Below are positions 20,661 through 29,901 of a stretch of 64,000 nucleotides of DNA, piece by piece. The notes beneath the pieces were generated by a model, which was not told the DNA's origin, ran no database searches, and saw nothing but the letters and a program-made list of their open reading frames with translations. Every line of letters begins with the position of its first letter. The first letter of the stretch is position 1. A program made the translations under genes and the position numbers. This DNA is from an uncultured Gemmatimonadales bacterium (GTDB taxonomy: Bacteria > Gemmatimonadota > Gemmatimonadetes > Gemmatimonadales > GWC2-71-9): assembly GCA_963815515.1 (NCBI GenBank), contig CAWFGP010000003.1:1277513-1341512 (forward strand). Direction: 5' to 3'.

Positions 20661-22130
20661 GTGGCCCGGCTCGATCGTCTGATCCAGGTGTTGTACGAGC
20701 AGCGCGGCGATGCGCTGCAGCTCGCCGTCGGCAAACCGGTGACGCTCCTCGCCAATGGCTCGGGACGCGCGCTCACGCGGGACCCGCTGACCGACGTCCA
20801 GATCCTCGCCCTGGCGCGCGAGGTGGCCGACGCGGACGCCACGGCGCGCCTCGGCGGCGGTGAGGCGTTCAGCTTCGGCTACCGGTCGCCGAGCGGACAG
20901 GTCACCATCGCGCTGACGCGCGACGCCACCGGCCCGATGGTCGAGGTGCGGGCCGGCGCCCCGGCAGCCGGGGTGCCGGCCGGTGGCGCGGCGGTGCCCG
21001 GCAGCGTCGCGGGCCGGAGCGGCGCCGAGCTGGCCGAGGCGCGCGCGGCCCTGGACGAGCTGTTCCGCCGGCTGGTGGACGCGGGCGCCTCGGACCTCCA
21101 CCTCCGGAGCGGTGAGGCGCCCCTGCTGCGCCGCCACGGCGAGCTGGTGCGCGAGGATCTCCCGCCGATCCCGGCCGAGCGGCTCGAGCTGATGCTCCTG
21201 AGCATCATGTCGCCGCGCGAGGTGGGCGAGTTCCGGGAGACGGGTGATACCGACTGGGCGTACGAGATCGCCGACCTGGCCCGATTCCGGTGCAACGCGG
21301 GCCGGGACCGCCACGGCCCCTTGGCCGTCTTCCGGGTCATCCCGGCCAGCATTCGCACCGCCGACGAGATGGGCCTGAGCCGCGAGGTCCAGAACCTCTG
21401 CTATCTCACCAAGGGCCTCGTGGTCGTGACCGGTCCGACCGGCTCGGGCAAGAGCACCACGCTCGCCGCGCTGGTGGACCTGGTCAACCGGACACGCACC
21501 GACCACATCATCACGATCGAGGACCCGATCGAGTTCGTGCACCAGAGCAAGAAGTGCCTGGTGACGCAGCGGCAGGTCGGGGTGCACACCCGCTCGTTCA
21601 AGCACGCGCTCCGCGCGGCGCTCCGCGAGGACCCCGACATCATCCTGGTCGGCGAGATGCGGGATCTCGAGACGGTCTCGATCGCGATCGAAACCGCCGA
21701 AACCGGGCACCTGGTGTTCGGGACGCTGCACACCACGACCGCGTCGTCCACCATCGACCGCATCATCGACCAGTTTCCGCCCGACCGGCAGTCGCAGGTG
21801 CGGGTGATGCTGTCGGAATCGCTCCGCGGCGTGATCTCGCAGACCCTCTGCAAGAAGATCGGCGGCGGCCGCGCGGCCGCGCGGGAGATCCTGCTCACGA
21901 TTCCCGCCGTCTCCAACCTGATCCGCGAAGGAAAGACGTTCCAGATCCCGTCGGTGATGCAGACCAACCGCAAGGCCGGAATGGCGACGCTCAACGACGC
22001 GCTGATGGAGCTGGTGGACGCCAAGCAGGTGGAGCCCAAGGAAGCGTACATGAAGGCCGTCGAGAAGGCCGGGTTCGCCGCGGCGCTCAGGGCCAAGCGG
22101 CATGACGTCTCCTTCCTCGGCGAGGGATGA
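20661..22130 (+). CDS. PilT-like type IV pilus retraction ATPase with an extra N-terminal domain
   Basis: GTG start. Core motifs GASDLHLRSGEAPLLRRHGEL, Walker A GPTGSGKSTT, IITIEDPIEF, ILVGEMRD, TGHLVFGTLHT. About 120 extra N-terminal residues resemble a degenerate copy of the PilT N-domain. Confidence 0.85.
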   Translation: MARLDRLIQVLYEQRGDALQLAVGKPVTLLANGSGRALTRDPLTDVQILALAREVADADATARLGGGEAFSFGYRSPSGQVTIALTRDATGPMVEVRAGAPAAGVPAGGAAVPGSVAGRSGAELAEARAALDELFRRLVDAGASDLHLRSGEAPLLRRHGELVREDLPPIPAERLELMLLSIMSPREVGEFRETGDTDWAYEIADLARFRCNAGRDRHGPLAVFRVIPASIRTADEMGLSREVQNLCYLTKGLVVVTGPTGSGKSTTLAALVDLVNRTRTDHIITIEDPIEFVHQSKKCLVTQRQVGVHTRSFKHALRAALREDPDIILVGEMRDLETVSIAIETAETGHLVFGTLHTTTASSTIDRIIDQFPPDRQSQVRVMLSESLRGVISQTLCKKIGGGRAAAREILLTIPAVSNLIREGKTFQIPSVMQTNRKAGMATLNDALMELVDAKQVEPKEAYMKAVEKAGFAAALRAKRHDVSFLGEG

Positions 22131-22935
22131 CGCGGGGCGGCACACGCCCGCCGTATCGCCCATCCTCGTGCTGGTCAACCCGCAGGACATCGTCAACATC
22201 GCGAGCGCCGTGCGCATCGCCAAGAACTTCGGGATCGAGCGGATGCGGCTCGTGGATCCCGAGGTGTTCGATCCCTGGCGCATCGAGGGGATCGCGCACA
22301 ACACGGCGGACTTCGTCGCCCGGATCGAGATCCTCCCGACGCTCCAGGCGGCGCTGGCCGACTGCGTGTCGGCCACGGTCCTGACGGGGCGGGAGCGCGC
22401 GGCCAAGCGACGGACGCTGCGGCCCCGCGAGGCGGCCGCCGAGCTGGTGCAGGAGCTGGAGCACGGCCCGGTCGCGATCGTCGCAGGCCGCGAGGACAGC
22501 GGGCTCACCAACGCCGAGCTGGATCTCTGCCGCACGGTCGTCACCATTGCGACCGATCCTCGCCATCCGTCGCTCAATCTGGCCCAGGCCGTGGCGATCA
22601 TGGCCTACGAGACCTGGAATGCGCGGGGCGGGGAGGCCCTGCCGCTCAAGCCGCCCCGGCACGTGGCGGCGCCGGCCACGTCCGAACAGCTCGAGATCCT
22701 CTTCGCCGACTGGCACCGGGCGCTCTGGGCCATCGACTTCTTCAAGACCCGCCGATCGGAGAACGTGATGCGCGCGTTTCGCGAGATCATCTTCCGCGCG
22801 GAGCTGGACGGCCGCGAGTCGTCGCTCGTCCGCGCGATGGGCATCGAAGTGGCTCGCTACCTCCAGCGGGTCGGCGCGCCGTTCGCCGGTACGCCGCCGG
22901 CCGCCGGGGAGAGCGCGGGAGACGAGGGGGTATGA
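22102..22935 (+). CDS. SpoU/TrmH-family RNA 2'-O-methyltransferase (TrmJ-like)
   Basis: ILVLVNPQDIVNIASAVRIAKNFGIERMRLV, VAIVAGREDSGLTNAEL, SLNLAQAVAIMAYE. The start overlaps the pilT-like 3' end by 29 nt and is uncertain. Confidence 0.75.
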   Translation: MTSPSSARDDAGRHTPAVSPILVLVNPQDIVNIASAVRIAKNFGIERMRLVDPEVFDPWRIEGIAHNTADFVARIEILPTLQAALADCVSATVLTGRERAAKRRTLRPREAAAELVQELEHGPVAIVAGREDSGLTNAELDLCRTVVTIATDPRHPSLNLAQAVAIMAYETWNARGGEALPLKPPRHVAAPATSEQLEILFADWHRALWAIDFFKTRRSENVMRAFREIIFRAELDGRESSLVRAMGIEVARYLQRVGAPFAGTPPAAGESAGDEGV

Positions 22936-23462
22936 GCCGCCAGCGCTCCAGCGCCTACTGGGCCGCGAACCGCTACAGTGACGAGGCGGCCGAGCCCACG
23001 CCGACCGCGCCGCTGCACGACTTGCCCGCGGCGGCCGCCGCGCGATTCAAGCTGCTCCGCGCCGGCCTGACCGAGCTTGCGGGCGTGGCGGAGGCGGTGC
23101 GCTACATGGGTGCGAGCTGGCGCTGGGCCTGGGAGTACGGCGTTGGCAACCGGAAGCTCTGCTGGGTGCACGTGATCGGCGACGCGCTGTCGGCCACGTT
23201 CACGATGAGCGACTCGGAGGAGGATCGCCTGCGCCGCGCCGGCCGCGTGCCCGCCGACGTCGCGCGGGCGATCGCCGAAGGACAGCGGACCGGACCCCTC
23301 CGGTGGTGCTGGGTGCCGCTCGACGACCGCCGAGCGGTCGACACCTTTCTTCGTCTCGCCGCGCGCAAGGCGGAGTGGCTGGGGGAGCGTCCGGCCCCGC
23401 ATCGCTCGCCGCAATTGCGGGCTCGCCGCAAGGCTTCCGGTGGGTCCGAGGATTCCGAGTAA
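22932..23462 (+). CDS. hypothetical protein
   Basis: ATGA overlap with the upstream gene and host-like codon bias. No motif recognised with confidence. Confidence 0.5.
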   Translation: MSRQRSSAYWAANRYSDEAAEPTPTAPLHDLPAAAAARFKLLRAGLTELAGVAEAVRYMGASWRWAWEYGVGNRKLCWVHVIGDALSATFTMSDSEEDRLRRAGRVPADVARAIAEGQRTGPLRWCWVPLDDRRAVDTFLRLAARKAEWLGERPAPHRSPQLRARRKASGGSEDSE

Positions 23463-23584
23463 AGCAGTCGGAATAGCAATTCGATCGGGTTGTGTACTTG
23501 AATGTGCGGACTATACTTCGGCGCGCCCTCGGCCGAGGGCGTTTGTGTGCTCGGCTGGGCCACTCTCTCAGCGTGGGATCGCTA

Positions 23585-24172
23585 ATGCGTACGATGGCTC
23601 TCGTGGTTGGCGGCATCGGCGCCACCGCGCTCGTAGCCCTGCTCGTGTTCGGTGGCGCGCCCAGCCAGGCGCAGCAGTCGAAGCCCGTCGCCGACTCCGT
23701 CACGGCTCCCGTGATCACCGACACCGGATCGCTCAAGGGTCCCCGCCAGCCGATCTTCTTCCGCCATGACATCCACGCCGGCCAGTTCAAGATGCAGTGC
23801 CAGTACTGCCACTACTCGGTGGCGGTCTCGCCCGAGCCCGGCATCCCGTCGATGCAGACCTGCATGGGCTGCCATCTGGTGGTCGGCGGCAGCGACAGCG
23901 CCGCCAAGACCGAGATCAAGAAGGTCCGCCAGGCCTGGACCGACAAGCAACCGGTCGAGTGGACCCGCGTGCACTTCATCGCGCGCCACGCGCACTTCCC
24001 GCATCAGCGGCACATCAAGGCGCTCGGCCCCAACGCCTGCACCACCTGCCACGGCGATGTGACCCGCATGCCGCAGGTATTCAAGGCGAACAACGTGAAC
24101 AACATGGGCTTCTGCATCACGTGCCACGTCGAGCGGAAGGTTTCGCGCGACTGCTCCGTCTGCCACTACTGA
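23585..24172 (+). CDS. actA: alternative complex III subunit ActA, pentaheme cytochrome c
   Basis: Five CxxCH motifs (CQYCH, CMGCH, CTTCH, CITCH, CSVCH), an N-terminal TM/signal, and first position in the act operon. Confidence 0.88.
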   Translation: MRTMALVVGGIGATALVALLVFGGAPSQAQQSKPVADSVTAPVITDTGSLKGPRQPIFFRHDIHAGQFKMQCQYCHYSVAVSPEPGIPSMQTCMGCHLVVGGSDSAAKTEIKKVRQAWTDKQPVEWTRVHFIARHAHFPHQRHIKALGPNACTTCHGDVTRMPQVFKANNVNNMGFCITCHVERKVSRDCSVCHY

Positions 24173-24188
24173 TGGTCGGCAAACGGGG

Positions 24189-24270
24189 GAGTCATCCGGT
24201 GAGCGGCGATGGGGAGTCATCTGATGACCGGCCGGTGCAGAGTCATCCTGAGCGAAATGAAGGAGCCATG
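24189..24270. repeat. two degenerate left-arm copies of the REP-like element in the actA-actB spacer
   Basis: GAGTCATCCGGTGAGCGGCGATGGGGAGTCATC and AGTCATCCTGAGCGAAATGAAGGAGCCATG, compared with the consensus GAGTCACCCTGAGCGAAGCGAAGGGGGCATGCC. The second copy contains the actB SD (GAAGGAG) and ATG. Confidence 0.6.
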
Positions 24271-27200
24271 GCCCGACGCATGACATCCGACGAACAGTCC
24301 GAGTCTACGCCCGAATCCACCATGGACCGCCGGAAGTTTCTGACCGTGGTCGGCGCCACGAGCGGCGGCGCCCTCGCGCTCTCCGGCTGTTCCACCAGCC
24401 GGGTCGAGAAGCTGGTGCCGTACCTCGTGCAGTCGGAAGACCAGATCCCCGGCGTCGCCACCTGGTACGCCAGCACGTGCACCGAGTGTGAGGCCGGTTG
24501 TGGCCTGCACGTGCGCACGCGCGAGGGCCGCGCCGTCAAGCTCGAGGGGAATCCCGAGCATCCGGTCAATCAGGGCAAGCTCTGCTCCCGCGGTCAGGCC
24601 TCGCTGCAGGGGCTGTACAACCCGGGCCGCATCAAGGCCCCGATGGTGCGCAGCGCCGACGGACGGTTCAGCGAGATCACCTGGGACGATGCGATCGCCC
24701 GGCTGTCGGCCAAGCTGACCGAGGCGGGCGGCAAGGTGGCGGTGCTCAGTGGAGCGGGGCGGGGGACTTTCTCGGACCTCCTCGCGGCCTGGACGAGCGC
24801 GCTCGGCGGCCGGCTGGTCCGCTGGAGCCCGCTCGACCCCGAGCCGGTGCGCGCGGCCAATCGCCAGGTATTCGGCCTCGACCAGCTGCCGGCGCACGAC
24901 TTCGGCAGCGCCAAGTACATCCTGTCGTTCGGGGCCGACTTCCTCGACACGTGGCTCTCGCCCACCGAGAACCAGCGCGGCTTCGCCGACGCGCACGGCT
25001 TCGCCGATGGCGACGTCGCCAAGTTCGTCTACGCCGCACCGCGCATGGACCTCACCGGTCTCAACGCCGACGAGTGGCTCGCGACGCGTCCCGGCACGGA
25101 GACGGCTCTGGCGCTCGCCATGGCCAACGTCGTGGCCCGCCTCCGCGGCGCGGCGGCCCCGGTGACCGCGGCGCTCTCCCGGTTCACGCCGGCGATGGCC
25201 GCGCAGGAAACCGGCATCCCGGCCGAGCGGATCGAGCGCATCGCGAAGGAGTTCGCGGCGGCGCAGCCGAGCCTGGCGGTGGCGGGCGGCATCGGCGCGC
25301 AGCATGCGGGCGCGGCCCAGCTCTGCGCGGCGGTCAACCTGCTGAACTACGTCGCCGGCAACATCGGGCAGACGGTCCGGTTCGGCGCCGAGCTCGACGG
25401 CGGCGACGGTTACATTGCGCTCGCCCGCCTGGGCGCCGCAATCGACGGTGGCCAGGTGGCCGTCCTGCTGGTGCACGACGCCAACCCGGTCTACACGCTC
25501 CCCAAGGCTGCTGGGTTCGTCGAGCGGCTCACCAAGGTGCCGTTCAAGGTGGCCACCGCGCTCTTCCTCGATGAGACGGCCGCGAGATGCGACCTGCTGC
25601 TGCCGCAGCACCACGCGCTCGAGCGCTGGGACGATCTCGCCCCGCGGTCCGGGGTGCGGAGCCTCATGCAGCCGGTGATGGAGCCGGTGTTCAACACCCG
25701 CGCGGCCGGCGACATCCTGCTCCAGGTGTCGCGCAAGGCGGGCGGCGCGCTGGCCGCCTTCACCGCGCCGACCTGGGAGGCGCACCTGCGGGGCCGCTGG
25801 CAGGCGCTCGCCGCCGAGCGGAAGGAACCCGACGTTGAGGGCTTCTGGCGCGCGGCGCTCCAGCGGGGCGGGGTGTTCGACGAGCCAGGGACCCCGACAC
25901 CGGTCACGCTGGCCGCGTCGGCCACGGACGTGGCCTACACCAAGCCCGCGTTCGAGGGGAAGGGCGACTTCGTCTTCCTGACCTATCCGCACGCCAACCT
26001 GCACGACGGCCGCGGCACCAACAAGCCCTGGCTGCTCGAGAACGCCGATCCTGTCACCAAGATCACCTGGCACTCGTGGGTGGAGGTGAGCCCGGAGACC
26101 GCAAAGACCCTCGACATCCGGAACGGGGAGATCCTCCGGCTCACGAGCGCCGCCGGGGCGGTCGAGGCGCCGGCTTACGTCTATCCAGGACTCCACCCGG
26201 ACGTGGTCGCGATGCCGCTCGGCTTCGGCCACACCGAGTACGGGGCCTATGCGCAGGGCCGGGGCGTCAACGCGCTCGACTTGCTCGCCGCCCCGGCGGA
26301 CGATTTCGTGACCTACCTCTCCACCCGGGTCACGCTCGAGAAGACCGGCGGGTTCCGCAGGCTTGCGAGCGTCGAGGGCGTCCCGCGCCAGCTCGGGCGG
26401 GGCATCGCGGAGGCGATGCCGCTGGCGGCGGCCAAGCGGGGTCTCACGATCAAGGAAGCGTACCTCGAGGAAGGGCACGGCGAGCACGAGGTCAACCCCG
26501 AGCGCGAGGTCGCGGCGCTCAAGGGGTGGAGTGAGCAGCAGTTCAAGATGACGCGCCACGGCGACTACACCCGCGACCTTCCGCAGTGGGGCATGGCGAT
26601 CGACCTGGCGCGCTGCACCGGCTGCCAGGCCTGCGTCACGGCCTGCTACGCGGAGAACAACATCCCGACCGTGGGCGAGCCGGAGATTCTCAAGGGCCGG
26701 GAGATGACCTGGCTTCGGATCGAGCGCTACTGGGAGGGCGGCGAGGAGCCGGGCGAGCCGGTGTCGGCGCGCTTCGTCCCGATGCTGTGCCAGCACTGTG
26801 CCAACGCGCCGTGCGAGCCGGTCTGCCCGGTGTATGCCGCGTATCACACGGCCGACGGTCTCAACGGCCAGGTCTACAACCGCTGCGTGGGTACGCGCTA
26901 CTGCGCTAACAACTGCCCGTACAAGGTGCGGTACTTCAACTGGTACAAGTACAACGAGATGGCTTGGCCGGAGCCGCTCCACCTCCAGCTCAACCCGGAC
27001 GTGACGGTGCGGGCCCGCGGCGTGATGGAGAAGTGCACCTTCTGCATTCAACGGATCCGCGGCGCGCAGAACCAGGCGCGGCTCGAGGACCGGCCAATCC
27101 GGGACGGGGAGTTCACGACGGCGTGCGCCCAGGCCTGCCCGTCCGACGCGATCGCCTTCGGCAACGTCAGGGATCCCGAGAGCCGCGTGGCCGCCATCAA

Positions 27201-27294
27201 GCAGGACCACCGTGGCTACCACGTGCTCGAGGAGATCAACGTCCGCCCGGCGATCACCTATCTCGCCAAGGTCCTGCATTCGGTGGAGGCCTAA
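24268..27294 (+). CDS. actB: alternative complex III subunit ActB (molybdopterin-oxidoreductase-like plus 4Fe-4S ferredoxin domains)
   Basis: Tat signal MDRRKFLTVVGATSGGALALSGC. N-terminal Cys cluster CTECEAGCGLHV. C-terminal ferredoxin motifs CTGCQACVTAC and CQHCANAPCEPVCP. 1008 aa. Confidence 0.9.
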   Translation: MARRMTSDEQSESTPESTMDRRKFLTVVGATSGGALALSGCSTSRVEKLVPYLVQSEDQIPGVATWYASTCTECEAGCGLHVRTREGRAVKLEGNPEHPVNQGKLCSRGQASLQGLYNPGRIKAPMVRSADGRFSEITWDDAIARLSAKLTEAGGKVAVLSGAGRGTFSDLLAAWTSALGGRLVRWSPLDPEPVRAANRQVFGLDQLPAHDFGSAKYILSFGADFLDTWLSPTENQRGFADAHGFADGDVAKFVYAAPRMDLTGLNADEWLATRPGTETALALAMANVVARLRGAAAPVTAALSRFTPAMAAQETGIPAERIERIAKEFAAAQPSLAVAGGIGAQHAGAAQLCAAVNLLNYVAGNIGQTVRFGAELDGGDGYIALARLGAAIDGGQVAVLLVHDANPVYTLPKAAGFVERLTKVPFKVATALFLDETAARCDLLLPQHHALERWDDLAPRSGVRSLMQPVMEPVFNTRAAGDILLQVSRKAGGALAAFTAPTWEAHLRGRWQALAAERKEPDVEGFWRAALQRGGVFDEPGTPTPVTLAASATDVAYTKPAFEGKGDFVFLTYPHANLHDGRGTNKPWLLENADPVTKITWHSWVEVSPETAKTLDIRNGEILRLTSAAGAVEAPAYVYPGLHPDVVAMPLGFGHTEYGAYAQGRGVNALDLLAAPADDFVTYLSTRVTLEKTGGFRRLASVEGVPRQLGRGIAEAMPLAAAKRGLTIKEAYLEEGHGEHEVNPEREVAALKGWSEQQFKMTRHGDYTRDLPQWGMAIDLARCTGCQACVTACYAENNIPTVGEPEILKGREMTWLRIERYWEGGEEPGEPVSARFVPMLCQHCANAPCEPVCPVYAAYHTADGLNGQVYNRCVGTRYCANNCPYKVRYFNWYKYNEMAWPEPLHLQLNPDVTVRARGVMEKCTFCIQRIRGAQNQARLEDRPIRDGEFTTACAQACPSDAIAFGNVRDPESRVAAIKQDHRGYHVLEEINVRPAITYLAKVLHSVEA

Positions 27295-27297
27295 CCG

Positions 27298-28668
27298 ATG
27301 GCTGTCGTCGCACCGCCAAGTCGCGCGACCCGCCCTGAGCTCGTGATTAATCAGACCCACGCGGACGTCACCCGCGACGTGGTCGCGACGTTGGAGCCGG
27401 CGAGCCGCGGGTACCTGCTGCTCCTGGGCCTGGCCGTCGCGATGTTCCTCGGCGGGCTCACGACGTTTCTGATCCTGGTCAAGGACGGGCTGGGCCACGC
27501 CGGTTACACCCCGCCGGTATTCTGGAGCGTCTACATCACGACCTTCGTGTTCTGGATCGGCATCGGCCACGCGGGCACGCTGATCTCCGCGATCCTGTTC
27601 CTGTTCCGGAGCCCCTGGCGCACGGCGGTCTACCGCTCGACCGAGGCGATGACGGTGTTCGCGGTCATGACGGCGGCGCTGTTCCCGATCATCCACATCG
27701 GGCGGCAGTGGGTCTTTTACTGGTTGCTGCCGTACCCGAACCAGCGCTGGCTCTGGCCCAACTTCAAATCGCCGCTGATCTGGGACGTGTTCGCGATCTC
27801 GACCTACTTCACGGTCAGCTCGACGTTCCTGGTCTTCGGGCTCATCCCCGACGTCGCCGCCGTCCGCGACAAGGTCACCGGCTGGCGCAAGCAGGTCTAC
27901 ACGCTGGCTTCGGCGGGCTGGCAGGGGACCGACAACCAGTGGCGTCACTACTCGCGGGCGTACCTCTACCTGGCGGCGCTGGCCACCCCGCTGGTGCTCT
28001 CGGTGCACTCGGTGGTGAGCTGGGACTTCGCGGCGTCGATCGTTCCCGGCTGGCACGGCACGATCTTCGCCCCCTACTTCGTGGCCGGCGCCATTTACTC
28101 GGGTCTCGGCATGGTGATCACTCTGCTCGTCCCGCTCCGCCGGACGCTCAGGATCGAGCACATGATCACCGACTATCACTTCGACAACCTGGCCAAGCTG
28201 ACGCTGCTGACCGGATCAATCCTGTTCTACGCCTACGGGATGGAGTACTTCGTCGGGTGGTACAGCGGCAGCACCTTCGAGCAGACCACGTTCTACCGCC
28301 GGGCGTTCGGCTCGATGTGGTGGGCGGGCTGGACCATGATCATCTGCAACGCCTTCGTGTCGCAGCTGCTGTGGTTCCGGAAGATCCGCACCAACCTGAC
28401 GGCGCTGTTCGTCATCTCGATCTTCATCAACCTCGGGATGTGGTTCGAGCGCTTCGTAATCATCGTCAGCTCGCTCAGCAACGACTACATCCCGTGGGCC
28501 TGGTCCAATGCGAACATTACCTGGGCCGATTGGGGGATCCTGCTCGGTTCGTTCGGCTGGTTCGCGATGTGGTTCCTGCTGTTCGCCAAGAGCTTCCCGA
28601 TCGTCGCGATCCAGGAGATCAAGGAGATGATCCCCATGCCGCGGAAGCGGCCGGGAGGGCAGCACTGA
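27298..28668 (+). CDS. actC: alternative complex III subunit ActC (NrfD/PsrC-like membrane subunit)
   Basis: Polytopic NrfD-like protein of 456 aa at the typical operon position. Confidence 0.88.
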   Translation: MAVVAPPSRATRPELVINQTHADVTRDVVATLEPASRGYLLLLGLAVAMFLGGLTTFLILVKDGLGHAGYTPPVFWSVYITTFVFWIGIGHAGTLISAILFLFRSPWRTAVYRSTEAMTVFAVMTAALFPIIHIGRQWVFYWLLPYPNQRWLWPNFKSPLIWDVFAISTYFTVSSTFLVFGLIPDVAAVRDKVTGWRKQVYTLASAGWQGTDNQWRHYSRAYLYLAALATPLVLSVHSVVSWDFAASIVPGWHGTIFAPYFVAGAIYSGLGMVITLLVPLRRTLRIEHMITDYHFDNLAKLTLLTGSILFYAYGMEYFVGWYSGSTFEQTTFYRRAFGSMWWAGWTMIICNAFVSQLLWFRKIRTNLTALFVISIFINLGMWFERFVIIVSSLSNDYIPWAWSNANITWADWGILLGSFGWFAMWFLLFAKSFPIVAIQEIKEMIPMPRKRPGGQH

Positions 28669-29195
28669 TGGCCAAGGGCAAGCGGGTCCGGCGCGCGCCG
28701 GGCGTTCTCGCCTCCTTCGTCCACGTGGATGCCGCGGTCGACGCCATTCGGGCGCTCCGGGCCCGAGGGCATCGGAACCTGGTGGTCTATTCCGCGTCGC
28801 CCAACCACGAGATCGAGGAGGCGTTAGACCAGTCGGTGAGTCCGGTCCGCCTGTTCACGCTGATCGGCGGCCTCACTGGGTGCGCCGCCGGGTTCGGCAT
28901 GACGATCTGGATGTCGCTCGACTGGCCGCTCCTGGTGGGCGGGAAGACGATTGCCTCGATCCCGCCCTATGTCGTGATCGCGTTCGAGCTCACCATCCTG
29001 CTCGGCGCGCTCAGCACGGTGACGGCCGTGGCGTTGTTGAGCGTGCTCATGGGGAAGCGCGGCATCGCGTACGATCCTGCCTACAGCGACGACCAGATCG
29101 GCGTCTTCGTGCCGGCCGGGTCGGACCAGGCGGGAACGGTCGAGCAGCTGCTGCGCTCGGCCGGAGCGGTGGAGGTGCGACGTGAAGCGGCCTGA
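28668..29195 (+). CDS. actD: alternative complex III subunit ActD
   Basis: ATG overlaps the actC stop (TGATG). Soluble N-terminal part followed by two TM helices (LFTLIGGLTGCAAGFGMTIWM, YVVIAFELTILLGALSTV). Confidence 0.8.
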   Translation: MAKGKRVRRAPGVLASFVHVDAAVDAIRALRARGHRNLVVYSASPNHEIEEALDQSVSPVRLFTLIGGLTGCAAGFGMTIWMSLDWPLLVGGKTIASIPPYVVIAFELTILLGALSTVTAVALLSVLMGKRGIAYDPAYSDDQIGVFVPAGSDQAGTVEQLLRSAGAVEVRREAA

Positions 29196-29901
29196 CCGGG
29201 TGCTGTCACCGGCGCGTCGGACGGCCACCATCGCGCTCCTGACCGTTCTCCTGGGCGGATGCGACGTCTGGTACAACCGGGTACCCTCGCCCGACGATCT
29301 CTGGTACGTGATCCCCTGGTTCGACCACATGATCACCGCCAAGTACGTGCGCCCGTATCAGAGCGCGGCGGTCCCACGCTACACCCCGCCCGGCACCGTC
29401 CCGGTCACCGGCGGCGAGGCCGACTGGTCGGGCGAGTGGACCACGGGCAAGACCACCACGGCGGACGCGCTCAAGAATCCCTATGCCGCCGACGCGGCCG
29501 AGAACCAGGGCGCCGCCGCGCCCGGCCCCGACGTGTCCGTCATTCCGCACGACGTCGACGCGGCGGGCGACACGCTCTTCCAGACCTACTGCGCCGTCTG
29601 CCACGGGTCGGCGGGGGACGCGAAGGGACCGGTCTCCTCCCGGATCGGCGCGCCGTCCCTGCTCACCGGACGCGCGCGCGGGTACTCGGACGGCTACATC
29701 TACAGCATCATCCGCTACGGCCGCGGCGTCATGCCGCGCTACGGTGACAAGGTCTACCTGCCCAGCGACCGCTGGGCGATCGTGAACCACCTTCGGAAGC
29801 TCCAGGGCCAGGCGCCGCTCGGACCCGAGCCGGCGGGCACCGCCGTCGGGATCCCGCCGGGGCCGAGCGCGACCGGATCGACCGGGGAGAGGCCCCGATG
29901 A
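29182..29901 (+). CDS. actE: alternative complex III subunit ActE, monoheme cytochrome c lipoprotein
   Basis: Lipobox LLTVLLGGC and a single CAVCHG heme motif. Confidence 0.85.
   Translation: MKRPDRVLSPARRTATIALLTVLLGGCDVWYNRVPSPDDLWYVIPWFDHMITAKYVRPYQSAAVPRYTPPGTVPVTGGEADWSGEWTTGKTTTADALKNPYAADAAENQGAAAPGPDVSVIPHDVDAAGDTLFQTYCAVCHGSAGDAKGPVSSRIGAPSLLTGRARGYSDGYIYSIIRYGRGVMPRYGDKVYLPSDRWAIVNHLRKLQGQAPLGPEPAGTAVGIPPGPSATGSTGERPR

Noticed and set aside
24217-28179. 1320-aa ORF on the minus strand, the longest ORF in the window
   Set aside because: It is antisense to actB and actC, which have unmistakable motifs (Tat signal, ferredoxin Cys clusters, NrfD topology). Its translation is low-complexity and rich in R/G/D/H/P. 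This is a typical high-GC shadow ORF.
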